This document shows, piece by piece, positions 38,181 through 50,407 of a DNA stretch of 64,000 bases (its first letter is position 1; every line of letters starts with the position of its first letter). The notes beneath the pieces are model-generated. The model was not told where the DNA came from and ran no database searches. It was given only the letters and a program-made list of their open reading frames with translations. The position numbers and the translations under genes are program-made. This DNA comes from Octopus sinensis. Its lineage: Eukaryota. The stretch is from positions 12,710,001 to 12,774,000 of the forward strand of contig NC_043001.1 of the NCBI RefSeq assembly GCF_006345805.1, given 5' to 3'.

Positions 38181-39299
38181 ATATATGTGTATGCATGCGG
38201 GTATTTTCTTATTATTATTAACGTGATTATAAGTCTGTATGAGCATGTTTGTCCTTGTACAAATAACAATTGATGCTAAGCGCACAACGTCGAAGAATAT
38301 TCTTTCAAGCTGATAATTCTTGAATGTCTCAAATGTCAATTCTTAATAGAGATTAGCATTAAGACATGCTTTGAATTTAGCAAACATCTTCGTTTGTTTT
38401 TTTTAAAAGACATCTGAAGGTCACATCATTTGGACATTTGTAAACTTAATTTAATAAATCACTGTCATATTCTTTGTTACAATAGCCTATACTTTCATGT
38501 CAATATTAATTAGAGACAGTCTGTTTAAACTATGATAATATTTTTTAAACAAAAGAGTGAAATTTTAAAAAGACGGAGCATTTTTATGTGTCGGGAGGAA
38601 CAAAGCAATGTCATCTATTTCTATGGTTACATTGGATAATTTAAGAAAAAGTGATACGGTACAACAACGAAATTCTTTTTCAGAATACAGTGTGTTTATT
38701 GTGATAATTTTGGTTCAAAATTCACAAAACAATAATTGACAACATTAACGTTAATGATACAAAAGCTTTAATATTTCGTTTGATTCCGTATTTGTCGTTG
38801 TCTGCAAGAGCAGATTATTAGGAATTTACATGAGGTATTTTTAGCGATGTATTATTTATCTGTTGTTCCAGATCACCGGCGTTATAGGGTCATATGTATG
38901 TGATAATTACAAATGTGGAGGTTGATTTAGTGAAAAGAAAAATAAATTTCAATTAAAATATCTTTTAATTATTTTAGTATATGCTCGAAACACGACCCTT
39001 CATCAGCCAACAACTGATGAAGGGTAGTTCTTTGTCTTGTTTTACATTCGTGTCTTTCATTGCTCGAAAAAAATAGTTCATATTCCATGTACTCGTACTT
39101 CGTATTTTTTGTTGTACACGTTTCGTGACGTCCTTTGCCCACATTTACATGTATATATCTAAGTATAGATGTATGTACATATACGTCAACATATATGCAC
39201 ATATAAATAAATACATATATATATATTATGTATATTATATATATATATTAGTATGCATATGCATATATATGTATGTACATGTGTACATATATATGCATA

Positions 39300-39410
39300 T
39301 CACCGTGACCGATCAGGCCATCAGAGGTTGCTACACATCGCTGGTCACAATGCGGTTCGCATTGTTTTAGCCTTCAAATGACGCCACCACGCTGGCTAAG
39401 CGAGCAGGCC
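39300..39410. repeat. Short structured interspersed-repeat fragment between microsatellites
   Basis: GC-rich island with hairpin caatgcg-gtt-cgcattg and gtgacc..ggtcac pairing; family not identified. Confidence 0.4.
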
Positions 39411-39467
39411 AATATATGCATATATATGTATATATATATATATGCATGTATATATATATATATATAT

Positions 39468-39498
<31 letters not shown>

Positions 39499-39889
39499 AC
39501 TGATAAGTACATACGCAGACATAATCTAATCATATCAACAGGAATACGTGGACAATTACATAGGTAAGAGGAGTCATAGTTTACGAATATATAGTTCTAT
39601 ATAATGGAGGATGCAACGCGTCTAACCGCACATCTCTGATTTTGTAAGCTGTCGTCTAATGCATAGTATATCTTCAAGATAATTCTCCGTTTAAGAAAAT
39701 GTTAATCAGCCCACCTACATTAATCTACATTTTTATAAAACTATGTGAGATCAAGTAATTTCGTCAAAACCAAGGCACATTAAAGTCTCATTATAATCAT
39801 GTCTATTTGTAACCGAGTAAATAATTAATAAATTATTGATTCTAACCTCCCATCCTACATTTATCATTGCTCTTACGTGACACATTCTA

Positions 39890-39978
39890 TGCGAGACATT
39901 CTACAAGTATACGAAGTTTGAAAGTGTTTAGTTACAACTAATTATTTTGTACATCTGTCGGTCAAAAGGTAAAGGTTC
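39890..39978. mobile_element. Single-arm fragment of the 18001-18632 MITE family
   Basis: gaagtttgaaagtgtttagttaca..atctgtcggtcaaaagg shared with 18560-18620. Confidence 0.8.
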
Positions 39979-40066
39979 AATCATTTTATAAAGAATTTGA
40001 TACAATCAAACCTCCGTAACGATAGCACGCCGAAGGGAAAGCAAAGAAGATTTGCTTTATAATATA

Positions 40067-40486
40067 CTAACAGCATAGCCCGGCGTTTCCCGGGTATGTA
40101 AGAGCCCCTAGTAGGCAACGACTAATCCCAATCTAGTCCTTTCCCTCTAGGGAACGAAGGCGCATGTGTAGGTTGCAATGTCTTCTCTTCACTCGAATAC
40201 TTCTGTGTATACAATGTTCCTAGCTGTCCCTAGCTGTCAAGTTGTGTCCCCTAGAAAGAAAATGTGTTGCATATAAAAAGCTTAGATTCTCCACCCCATG
40301 TCGAATTTATCGATTATTTTAGAATTGGTAGAACTTTTCAAAATTTTCGCTGCGTTAGTTTTAAATTATGACATTGGGCTATGTGTGTGTCAAGTTTCAT
40401 TAGAATCGGTTGAAAGCCGTGGTCAGGGTGAGGGTACAACCTGACAGACACACAGACAGACAAACTGCCGTTTATATAGAGAGAGA
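40067..40486 (-). mobile_element. Non-autonomous Helitron
   Basis: Minus strand: A|TCTCTCTCTATAT start, cccgggaaacgccggg hairpin, TTAG|T end (CTAG variant). Confidence 0.82.
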
Positions 40487-40561
40487 TAATATATATTGCA
40501 TTTTCAAAAGATTTCATGTGCTATTCATAAATTTTTTGGTGATATTTGGTACAAATAAGAT

Positions 40562-41329
40562 GGCGAGTTGGCAGAAACGCTAGCACGCCGGGCGAAACGC
40601 GAAGCCGTATTTCGTCTGCCGTTACGTTCTGAGTTCAAATTCCGCCGAGGTCGATTTTGCCTTTCATCCTTTCGGGGTCGATTAAATAAGTACCAGTTAC
40701 GCACTGGGGTCGATATAATCGACTTAATCCGTTTGTTTGTCCTTGTGTGTCCTCTCTGTGTTTAGCCCCTTGTGGGTAGTAAAAAATAGGTATTTCGTCT
40801 GCCGTTACATTCTGAGTTCAAATTCTGCCGAGGTCGACTTTGCCTTTCATCCTTTTGGGGTCAATTAAATAAGTACCAGTTGTACATTGCCGTTGATATA
40901 ATCGACTTACTCCGTTTGTCTGTCCTTGTTTGTCTCCTCTGTGTTTAGCCCCTTCTGGGTAGTAAAGAAATAGAAATAGGTATTTAGACTGGCGTTACAT
41001 TCTGAGTTCAAATTCCGCCGAGGTCGACTTTACCTTTCATCCTTTAGGGTCGATTAAATAAGTACCAGTTACGCACTGGGGTCGATATAATCGACTTAAT
41101 CCATTTGTCTGTCCTTGTTTGACCTCTCTGTGTCTAGCCCCTTGTGGGTAGTAAAGAAATAGGTATTTTGCACGTCTTTACACCCGTAGTTCAAATTCCG
41201 GCGAGGTCAACTATGTCTTTCATCCTTTCGTGGTCAATAAATAAAATACCAGTTGCGTACTGGGGTTGATCTAGTCGACTGGCCCCTTCCCCCAAAATTT
41301 CAGGACTTGTGCCTAGGGTAGAAAAGAAT
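40562..41329 (+). mobile_element. Nin/Deu-domain-like SINE tetramer
   Basis: One head; units restart at gtattt 40607, 40790, 40980 and 41163 (183/190/183 bp); last unit has tail B. Confidence 0.92.
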
Positions 41330-42032
41330 ATTTGGTACAAATCAATCCACAATAAATGTCCGGCCTGCTTCCAGTTTTGAAATACTAATTATTTAACAAG
41401 TGGGAATTATATTTATTATTCCACTTAGTGATAAGCTGGATAATTCTTCATCTTGCGGCGTATCGACATTGAAGTTATTGTTTTGTTGTTCTTAGATATT
41501 TTTTTCTTGAATTTGCTTTCGGAGCAGAATCGATAACAAATTTCGTTGTAATTTCGAAAATAAATTAATGATTGCTATTAATTTAACAAGAAATAATTGT
41601 TAATGTCATTATTGTAATTAGCGTATTTACATACAGTTTAGCCTGCGTCGCGTAGGATCACAAACAGTGTATTTGTAATTAATTAGCGACGAGTAATTTA
41701 CGAAACGAGAATAATTCAGCGGAAACCTAGAAGAAATTGGATTAATATAAAATGTGATGTGTCTAAGAGTGATTAAGGAAAATCGCTCGAAAAAAATATA
41801 TATAACCCTATTTAGTGTATATATTTTTTATTTGAGAAATAATATTCAATATATTTATTTCTCTTATAAAATATTGATCGAATTCCTGTAAGTTAAACAT
41901 TTTAATCTGTGGAGTTAAATGTCTCTTTTATACGTCTGTATAATATATCTTTAAACAATTGACTTTTAAATTTAACTAGTTTGTGTGTTTGTATACTTGT
42001 GTGTGTAGTGTCTGTATGTGTGTGTATGTGTT

Positions 42033-42075
<43 letters not shown>

Positions 42076-42130
42076 CTGCAATAATTTGAATGCCGAATAC
42101 CAAGTTGACTAACTTAATACATATATATTA

Positions 42131-42514
42131 TTTTCTACTCTGGGCAAAAGGCCCGAAATTTTTGGGGGAGGGAGCAGTTGGTTAGATCAACCCTAGTATG
42201 CATCTGGTCATTCATTTATCTACTCCGAAAGAATGAAAGGCAAAGTCGATCTCGGCAAAATCTGAACTCAAAACGTAGACAAACGAAACACCTGTTTCTT
42301 TATTACCCACAAGGGGCTAAACATAGAGCGGACAAAGAAGGACAGACAAACGGATTAAGTCGAGTACATCGACCCCGGTGCGTAACTGGTACTTAATTTA
42401 TCGACCTCGAAAGGATGAAAGGCAAATCGACCTCGGCTGAATTTGAACTCAGAACGTAACGGCAGAAGAAATACCGCTAAGTATTTCGCCCGGCGTGCTA
42501 ACGTTTCTGGCAGC
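42131..42514 (-). mobile_element. Nin/Deu-domain-like SINE dimer
   Basis: Head and tail A unit joined near 42290 to a tail B unit. Confidence 0.88.
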
Positions 42515-42536
42515 AAACTGCTTTAAAATAATCTCA

Positions 42537-42727
42537 TCTACTCTAGGCACAACGCCTGAAATTTTGGGGGAGAGGGCCAGTCGATTAGATCGACTCTATT
42601 ACGCAATTGGTACTTACTTTATCGACTCCAAAATGATGAAAGGCAGCAAAGTGGACATCGGCGGAATTATGAACTCAGAATGTAAAGACAGACGAAATAG
42701 AGCTAACGTTTCTACCAGCTCGCCGCC
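42537..42727 (-). mobile_element. Nin/Deu-domain-like SINE monomer (tail B)
   Basis: Core and head present. Confidence 0.85.
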
Positions 42728-43046
42728 TATAATGCATATATATTACTTGTCAAATAACGTCGAATCATGTTTTCCTTATAACCCCCACCGCATATCAATA
42801 CCAAACCCCGGTCTGATACAGATTTAGCTTAACAGGATTTTGTATATGATTCTTTAGTCCACATAATATTTCTTTTGATAGTGTCAAACAAAATCATGCC
42901 ACAATATCTAAATGTAAAATACAACATAAATTTTAATGATGAATTTTGAGGATATTATGCCATGACCTGGGAAAAATTCTCTTTAATTTGAAGAGGTAGC
43001 TTTAACAATCGTAATAGGTTGTGATATATGCTTTAAATTATTTAAC

Positions 43047-43096
<50 letters not shown>

Positions 43097-43380
43097 CTTA
43101 TTATTATATATATAAATGTATGTGGTGTATATAAATACACAGACACACACATATGTATATATATACATTTATATATATATTTGTGTGTGAGTGTGTGTGT
43201 GTGTGTGTGTAATCAAATAATGAGGCTAGCAATTTGTATTATTAAATAATTTTAATTTATACCAGTGGCCAGCATATTTTAAAAAATATCCGAGGACGTC
43301 TATTTCCAGCATATTAACATAATAATAACATAATAATAATAAAATTAATAATAGTACTAATAATAATGATAATAATAAAT

Positions 43381-43935
43381 GCCCTGATGCAGTAACAGGC
43401 AGTGGCTCTCGTGGGTTCTGATCTTAACTGATTGGAAGTGTTATCATGTACATAGTTTTGTCTTGGTATAAAATATGGGCTACAGCAAATATTCTGCTCA
43501 ATACCACAGATTTGCTTCTCAGTTGTTTGACCTTAACCAGTCAAGCATGGCTCTTAGTGGCTGACGATATGTGCATCTCTGACCATGAGCAGAAGTAGTG
43601 GGGGAACATCATAGCCGTGTGTTGCAAGGGATTCTTTGAAGTTTGGATAATTCACCTCTGGAAATATGGGTGTTTCGTTCAACATCCTTAAACAATCCTT
43701 ATTCAGGGACCTTTTGAGCGGGATGGGCTATTCAACCAGAAGAAAATTCTAACTGGGCCCCACTTGTAAGTCCATGTGCTGTCTATCTTGATATGAAATC
43801 ACCGTGTCGTGCACATAATGGTTGTGATGCATGTGCCTAGAGTACCCGTATCAAAAGGGTAGCCATGATGGGTGTACTGGGCTTCGTATATTTTACCCCA
43901 GTGTCACTTTGGTGGCATGTACTGCTCTCACACTA
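43381..43935. mobile_element. ~550-bp non-coding element embedded in (AAT)n
   Basis: GC-richer block with (AAT)n on both sides; no convincing ORF or TIR. Confidence 0.55.
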
Positions 43936-43987
<52 letters not shown>

Positions 43988-45180
43988 GTTTCAAATTTTG
44001 GGGTCAACGGTAGTAATTTTCGGGGTAAGTCGATTACATCAATCTCAGTATTCAACTAGTAATTATTTTATAGACTGCGAATGGATGAATGTCAAGGTGG
44101 ACTTGAACAAATCTGATCTCAGGCCATAAAAAACGTGCAAAATGCCGTTAGACATTGTCGGGCGCGAGTAACCCTTCTGCCAGCGCCTCACCTTTATGAT
44201 ACTGGATTCAACTTTAGACACAGAGTAACCGGTTTTTAAGATGGAGGCGTAATCGTTTACAACCACGCTACTACTAACCTGCTATATATATATATATATT
44301 TACTGGACTCCGAAATGATAGATGCTAGTAAGCAGCTGGTATTTAATTTATCGAACCTGAATGGATGAAAGGTTACGTCGACCTTTTTGTGTCTATACAC
44401 AGTTATATAGATGCTCGCAGACAGCCATACATACACGCACACAGATACACATACAAACACACACACATACACACGCACAAACACATAGACTCATATATAC
44501 ATATATTAACCAAATCCTTTAAAACTCGAACCACAGTTCCTGAAGCAAAAGAATCGTTTGAATTCGAATAAAAGAAATATTTCAACAATAAATACTGTGA
44601 AATAATACAGATATGTACGTAGCACCATTTCTAGGAGACGAAGAGATTTTGAGAGAAATTAATCTTGTATATATACATGTCCTTAAGTTGTATTCTAGAG
44701 ACGATAAACAGCGCAAACATTATTGCTTGTAATATGGGGATTTACTTGCGAAAATTCTGAGATTCAAATTAGAAAATGCCCGAAAGCAACATGAAAAATT
44801 TGGAAATTAATTAAGAAACCATTAAGTGAATTACAATTCGTAAAATTACCATTTTAGCGACTGCGTATTCCTCAGGCACATGCAGTCTTAAGGTGATTCA
44901 TTACGTGATCGAATGTAACAACAAACCTAAGGCAGCATAATCTATTCCATAACTAGTCTCTTAATTTCTTTAACTTTCTTTAAAATTAAGGCGAAATTTA
45001 TCTCGGCAAACTCCTGTCAGGAATATAGAACAAATTCTGCATTTAAATCTCTGCATTACTCGAACGATTCTTCCTGTTCGATACCTGAATGAATAGTGTG
45101 TGTGTGTCTGTGTGTGTATCTGTTTTTATGTGTGTGTGTGTGTGTGTGTTTGTGTGTATATATACACATATATTTATATA

Positions 45181-45410
45181 TATTTCTTTACTACCCACAA
45201 GGTGCTAAACACAGAGGGGACAAACAAGTACAGACAAACGGATTAAGTCGATTACATTGACCCAGTGCGAAACTGGTACTTAATTTATCGACCCCGAAAG
45301 GATTAAAGGCAAAGTCAACCACGGCGGAATTTGAGCTCAGAACGTAACGACAGACGAAATAACGCTAAGCATTTCGCCCGGTGCGCTAACGTTTCTACCA
45401 GTTCGCCGCC
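45181..45410 (-). mobile_element. Nin/Deu-domain-like SINE with ~19-bp TSD
   Basis: tatacacatatatttatata on both flanks. Confidence 0.9.
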
Positions 45411-45524
45411 TTATACACATATATTTATATAAGTTAAGGAACTAAGCAGCCATGACTAGTGATATGAGTAGCATACAGCGTGTAACAGGTAAACATAACC
45501 ATTTAACCATTCTTATTATGATTA

Positions 45525-45903
45525 GTGGAGGCGCAATGGCCCAGTGGTTAGGGCAGTGGACTCGCGGTCGTAGGATCGTGGTTTCGATTACCAGACCGGG
45601 CGTTGTGAGTGTTTATTGAGCGAAAACACCTAAAGCTCCACGAGGCTCCGGCAGGGGATGGTGGTGATCCCTGCTGTACTCTTTCACCACAACTTTCCCT
45701 CACTCTTACTTCCTGTTTCTGTTGTACCTGTATTTCAAAGGGCCAGCCTTGTCACTCTCTGTGTCACGCTGAATATCCCCGAGAACTACGTTAAGGGTAC
45801 ACGTGTCTGTGGAGTGCTCAGCCACTTACACGTTAATTTCACGTGCAGGCTGTCCCGTTGATCGGATCAACCGGATCCCTCGTCGTCGTAACCGACGGAG
45901 TGC
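45525..45903 (+). mobile_element. Full-length tRNA-derived SINE (OK/OR1-like), nested in the maT element
   Basis: A-box tggcccagtgg, B-box-like ggtttcgattacc, tail shared with 13081-13390. Confidence 0.85.
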
Positions 45904-46265
45904 TTCTTCCAGTATAACTAAAAAAATTCAAATACTGCTAGTTTTATGTTCATGCCAATTTATTGTTGAGTGTTTAGCACTTAATTCAGTTCAATGTGGC
46001 CGCCTGTTCAATCCGTTTACGAAATGATGCCATGCCTTAACTATTTCTTCTCTTTTTCTCCATTTTACTGAATGTTTGCCTTATCGATGCCGTCAGTGAA
46101 ACATATACTTGAGAAGTTGTGTTGGTTATTACTTCAGCTGCGCCCCGCAGACAAAAGTCGCAAAAATTGAAATCTTGCCAGCTAAATGGCCAGATATGTT
46201 TAGGGACCAACATGGGCAATTCTTTCTTCAAACATTTTTGCTCTCTTTTCGGCGGCTGGGAGGCG

Positions 46266-46805
46266 AAAGTTTTTTTTTTCCACGAGAATTCCCGACCCCG
46301 GTTAGGACCCATTTGCATACAGCCAATCAGAGCTCACCTTGACCTTGTTGTCATGTTAACAAACACACACTACCAAACAAACACAGGACGAACAACGGTG
46401 TTGTAAATCGACTGATCGTTATGTTATGCCTGATTTTAGGAGACAAGTAATTAGATAGATTTGCATCTATACCTGTTATCGGATTTTGAAAGGGTCCCAT
46501 ACGGTGAATATGTAGATGTGGAAATGTGGCTAGAGTGTTATATTCTAGTAACCTTCTCCCCTTACTGTTTTACAAAGTAAACAACAGCACAAATAACTAC
46601 GCAGAAGCAGCCATGGTTGGAACAAGAACATCAAGCATTATTAACAGAGAACAGAAGCATGGTCATTCCTTGCCTAAAGGACTTTATCTCATCGCCCATC
46701 ACATGTCATGCACTCATAAATTAGTTTGTTAGTTAAGCTCCGATTGGCTTTATGCAAATGAGTTCATAACTGGGGACCGGAACTCTCGTGGGGAAAAAAA
46801 TGACA
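46266..46805. mobile_element. 540-bp MITE with 8-bp TSD, nested in the maT transposase
   Basis: GGGAGGCG at 46258-46265 and 46806-46813; ~65-bp imperfect inverted arms each carrying ATTTGCAT and CCAAT. Confidence 0.85.
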
Positions 46806-47639
46806 GGGAGGCGTGGAGTCCTGTATAAACATCACTCGACTTGCATCCTTATGATTCATAATCCTAGACAAGAAAACTTCTATGATGCGGAGGCATCAAT
46901 TTACCATAACTTGCAACATCTCCAAAGAAGCCGGGTTCTAGCTATGTATTGTTAAAGGAACTTGGGAAGGGCTGTACACTATAATTCGTGAGTTTTGACG
47001 GTTTACAACTTCGTTCTCCCACGAACTGCTTTTCATCCACAAAGATGCGGGTATCTCCATCACGATGTTCCATATGACTACGAAGTTGGAGATTTCTTTC
47101 ATCTCAAATGGCGTTGGAGCCAATAGTTAGTATGTTACGGTGTCACTTTACGTACGATTTCATATGGAGGTCTCGTTTCACATCCCTAGAAAGGGTCATT
47201 TTACTGATTCCTCAATCTTGCCGCCAACATCCCTTATCGCTTTTGAAGGGTTCGACTCAGTCGATCTTTTAAATCCTGCTAAGAAGCAGAATGTTCGTTT
47301 GCGGTCACTGCGAAGATTTTAGACTTTCTCTGAACCTCCGAACTTTTCTTCAAATTGGCTACACCTCTTTAAAAACGTAGATTTGGCATACTTTGTGTCT
47401 CTAACAATCTCCCCAACACTTTTACCGGCGTATAATAATTCGGTAATTACAATTATACTCTGTATTTCTTTATTAATTTTTATAATTTGTTCAATCAGGA
47501 ATAAAAAAAAAATAGGACAAGCGATTGCTGAATCAGGATATATTCAAATTTAGACTCAAACAACATCTATACAATTAGAAATATACCCATTTCAAACTTG
47601 TCTCAGTTTATCTGCAGTACACGGTATATCTATATCTAC

Positions 47640-47715
<76 letters not shown>

Positions 47716-47730
47716 ATATATATATATAAA

Positions 47731-47926
47731 ATCCAAACATGAAAACACAAAGAGAAAACAACAACGCGTGGACGTGGAACAAGTGTAGTGTCATTGCACG
47801 GTCAGGAAAGGACAGAAAGGGGATTTAACGTTTCCAGCGGAGCTCTTCGTCAGAAACATATTAAAAGGAAAGAGCCAATGTAGGGAAGACGGAGGGAAGA
47901 AATTGTCAACGATGCACACGCGGTTA
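47731..47926 (-). mobile_element. ~200-bp hammerhead-bearing mini-element between microsatellites
   Basis: Homologous to 60633-60845 and 61515-61720. Confidence 0.8.
47823..47857 (-). ncRNA. Minimal hammerhead ribozyme, core intact
   Basis: GTTT-CTGACGA-A GAG CTCCG CTG-GAAA-CGTT-AAAT. Confidence 0.75.
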
Positions 47927-47932
47927 ACATAT

Positions 47933-47980
<48 letters not shown>

Positions 47981-47982
<2 letters not shown>

Positions 47983-48205
47983 CGTTGGCAGACTCGTTAG
48001 CGCGCCGGGCGAAATGCTTGGCGGTATTTTGTCTGTCGTTACGTTCTGAGTTCAAATTCTGCCGAGGTCGACTTTGCCTTTCATCCTTTCGGGGTCGATA
48101 AATAAAGTACCTGTTTCGCACTGGTGTCGATGTAATCGACTTAATCCGTTTGTCTGTCCTTGTTTGTCCCCTCTATGTTTAGCCCCTTGTGGGTAATAAG
48201 GAAAT
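47981..48205 (+). mobile_element. Nin/Deu-domain-like SINE (head and tail A) inside (TA)n
   Basis: Matches family consensus from other copies. Confidence 0.9.
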
Positions 48206-48414
48206 ATATATATATATATATATATATAAATGTGATCGCGTGTGTACCGTCTTCCCGTCTCTGGATCTTTCCTGCCAAAAAGAGAACTGAAAACGCCATA
48301 CAAGAGAAATATGTGCAACGTCGAATATAGAGAGTGAAGGTCCGCTTTGCTGCGTTCCATAATGCAGTGTAGAATAAAAGGAATAATATAAAATTAAAGA
48401 TAAAAATGAGTAAA

Positions 48415-48641
48415 TGCTGGTGGTGATGGTGGTGGTAGCAGTAGTAGTAGTAGTGGTGGTGGTGGTGGTGGTGGTGGTTTCGGTAGTGGTAGTGGTGGTG
48501 GTGGTGGTGGTGGTAGTAGGAGTAGTATTGGTGGTGGTGGTAGTATTAGTAGTAGCATAGTAATACTAGTAGTAGTATTAGAAGTAGTGGTGGTGTTGGT
48601 GGTAGTAGTAGTAGTAGTGATGTGGTGGTGGTGGTAGTAGG

Positions 48642-48701
<60 letters not shown>

Positions 48702-48745
48702 GGTAGTAGTAGTTGTTGTAGTAGTAGTAGTGGTAGTAGTAATTC
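48415..48745. repeat. Compound (GGT)n/(AGT)n trinucleotide repeat
   Basis: Direct reading. Confidence 0.95.
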
Positions 48746-49292
48746 ACGTGGAGACATATATTAAAGTCCATCATATTACATACTTTTAACGTATATTCTC
48801 TCCCTCATGGGCATTAATACGTATTTCCTTGACCAAATATAACAACAACAAGAACAAAAACAAAAAAAATGACAATCATGATGGTAATAATGCCATGACT
48901 ATCCGACCATTCTTTACATTCATCAATAATTTTTTTCTTCATCTTTCTGTTATGTGATATCCATTTTTGTTTATCTGTTGTCTAATAAAACCTGTTACTC
49001 TTCTGATGCTAAAACATGAGAGCTGCAGTTTGTATTCTCCTGTACATCTGACAAGCGGTTTTCAATCCAACTTTTGTTACAGATTGTGTAGATGTCTCTT
49101 TGTCTTATTCATTTTACTCTGAGCGAGGAAATGGCATCGCCGTAGGGACATTCCAGTGTACAAATAACTGGAAAAGCCAAAAGAAATTATCGTAATCTCA
49201 ATGATATCAATTCTTTTCATCTGTATATGTGTATGTGTCTCTGTCTGTATGTGTGCGTATACAAGCGTGTGTATATTTATGAATATATATAT

Positions 49293-49350
<58 letters not shown>

Positions 49351-49419
49351 GTCTGTGTGTGTATATATATGCATGTGTGTATATCTGTTTATTTATCTAT
49401 CTATCAATCAATCTATTCA

Positions 49420-49478
49420 TCTAACTATCTATCTATCTATCTATCTATCTAATCTATTTATTATCTATCTAGCTCATC

Positions 49479-49526
<48 letters not shown>

Positions 49527-49565
49527 CCTATCTATCTGTCTATCTATCTCTCTATCTATCTATCA
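49420..49565. repeat. (TCTA)n microsatellite
   Basis: Direct reading. Confidence 0.9.
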
Positions 49566-49921
49566 AACACGTGTGTATACACATTAATATAAATAGAGAT
49601 GTGCGTGTGTGCCTGTGCTTGACAACCGATGTCGGTGTGTGTGTGTGTGCGTATCTATATATAGATTTTCGAAATTTTTCTCTTACGAGGTTTTTCACGC
49701 TATCTAACTGATAATTTCTTATTAAGATTCCTTATTAAGAAGTTGTCCTTAATTGCTAAATAATTTTATTCCGAAAAAACTTTTCCTATCCGAAATGCAA
49801 TTCGAAGAAGCCTGCCATTTACCGGATGTAATATATGTAAACTCCCCCATGTGCTTAGTTGAAGTTGAACAGTTAGCTGCTTGGCTTCGACGACACAGGG
49901 TCGTTTATGTATGATACGTCC

Positions 49922-49970
49922 AGGCTTGCTGAAGAGTACATATGTACGAAATCACAGGTGATACAAGTCT
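49922..49970 (+). ncRNA. Complete minimal type-I hammerhead ribozyme
   Basis: AGGCTTG-CTGAAGA-GTAC ATAT GTAC-GAAA-TCAC AG GTGA-TA-CAAGTCT; all core nucleotides and three stems present; predicted cleavage after 49963. Confidence 0.92.
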
Positions 49971-50131
49971 ATATTTTTTAAATGTCTTGCTTTGAAAGAT
50001 TGCATTCGGTGGGATTAGTAAAATTTTTGGTAGAAATGACTTTTTGTCCCTCTTAGCGTGTGGCATCTATGTATAATAATGCCCTCTATATATAAATAAA
50101 TATATATAGATATATATATATATATATATAA

Positions 50132-50193
<62 letters not shown>

Positions 50194-50287
50194 ATAATAA
50201 TAAATATTAGGGAATGAATCCAAAATTACAGGGAAAAATCAGATTTAGGGTTAAATCCAATTTTATAGTAAAATATTATATAATATA

Positions 50288-50407
50288 ATTCGAGACAAAA
50301 CCACTATTTTAAAACCAAACAAGGAAAGACTTAATCAATACATAAAATTTTATGTATTGATTAAGTCTTTCCTTGTTTGGTTTTAAAATAGTGGTTTTGT
50401 CTCGAAT
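50288..50407. repeat. Perfect spacer-less 120-bp palindrome
   Basis: Centre between 50347 and 50348 (cataaaa|ttttatg); between (TA)n tracts. Confidence 0.95.

Larger units (their letters stand above)
45476..47624 (-). mobile_element. DD37D (maT-like) Tc1/mariner element, decayed, with two nested insertions
   Basis: ELLYAGKSVGEIVRDTKYAKST, IFVDEKQF, VNRQNSR, FIQDSTP, WPFSWQDFNFCDF..SFRKRIE; degenerate TA-flanked ends near 45476 and 47624. Confidence 0.8.

Noticed and set aside
40562-41329. CRISPR-like array
   Set aside because: Eukaryotic SINE units of ~184 bp without unique spacers
45525-45600. tRNA genes here and at other SINE heads
   Set aside because: A/B boxes only, no complete cloverleaf, continuous with SINE bodies
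46815-46840. TATAAA downstream of the octamer/CCAAT arm as a promoter
   Set aside because: It is the antisense of maT transposase codons (FIQDS)
48394-48774. His/Tyr/Thr/Pro-rich 126-aa ORF
   Set aside because: Trinucleotide repeat translation
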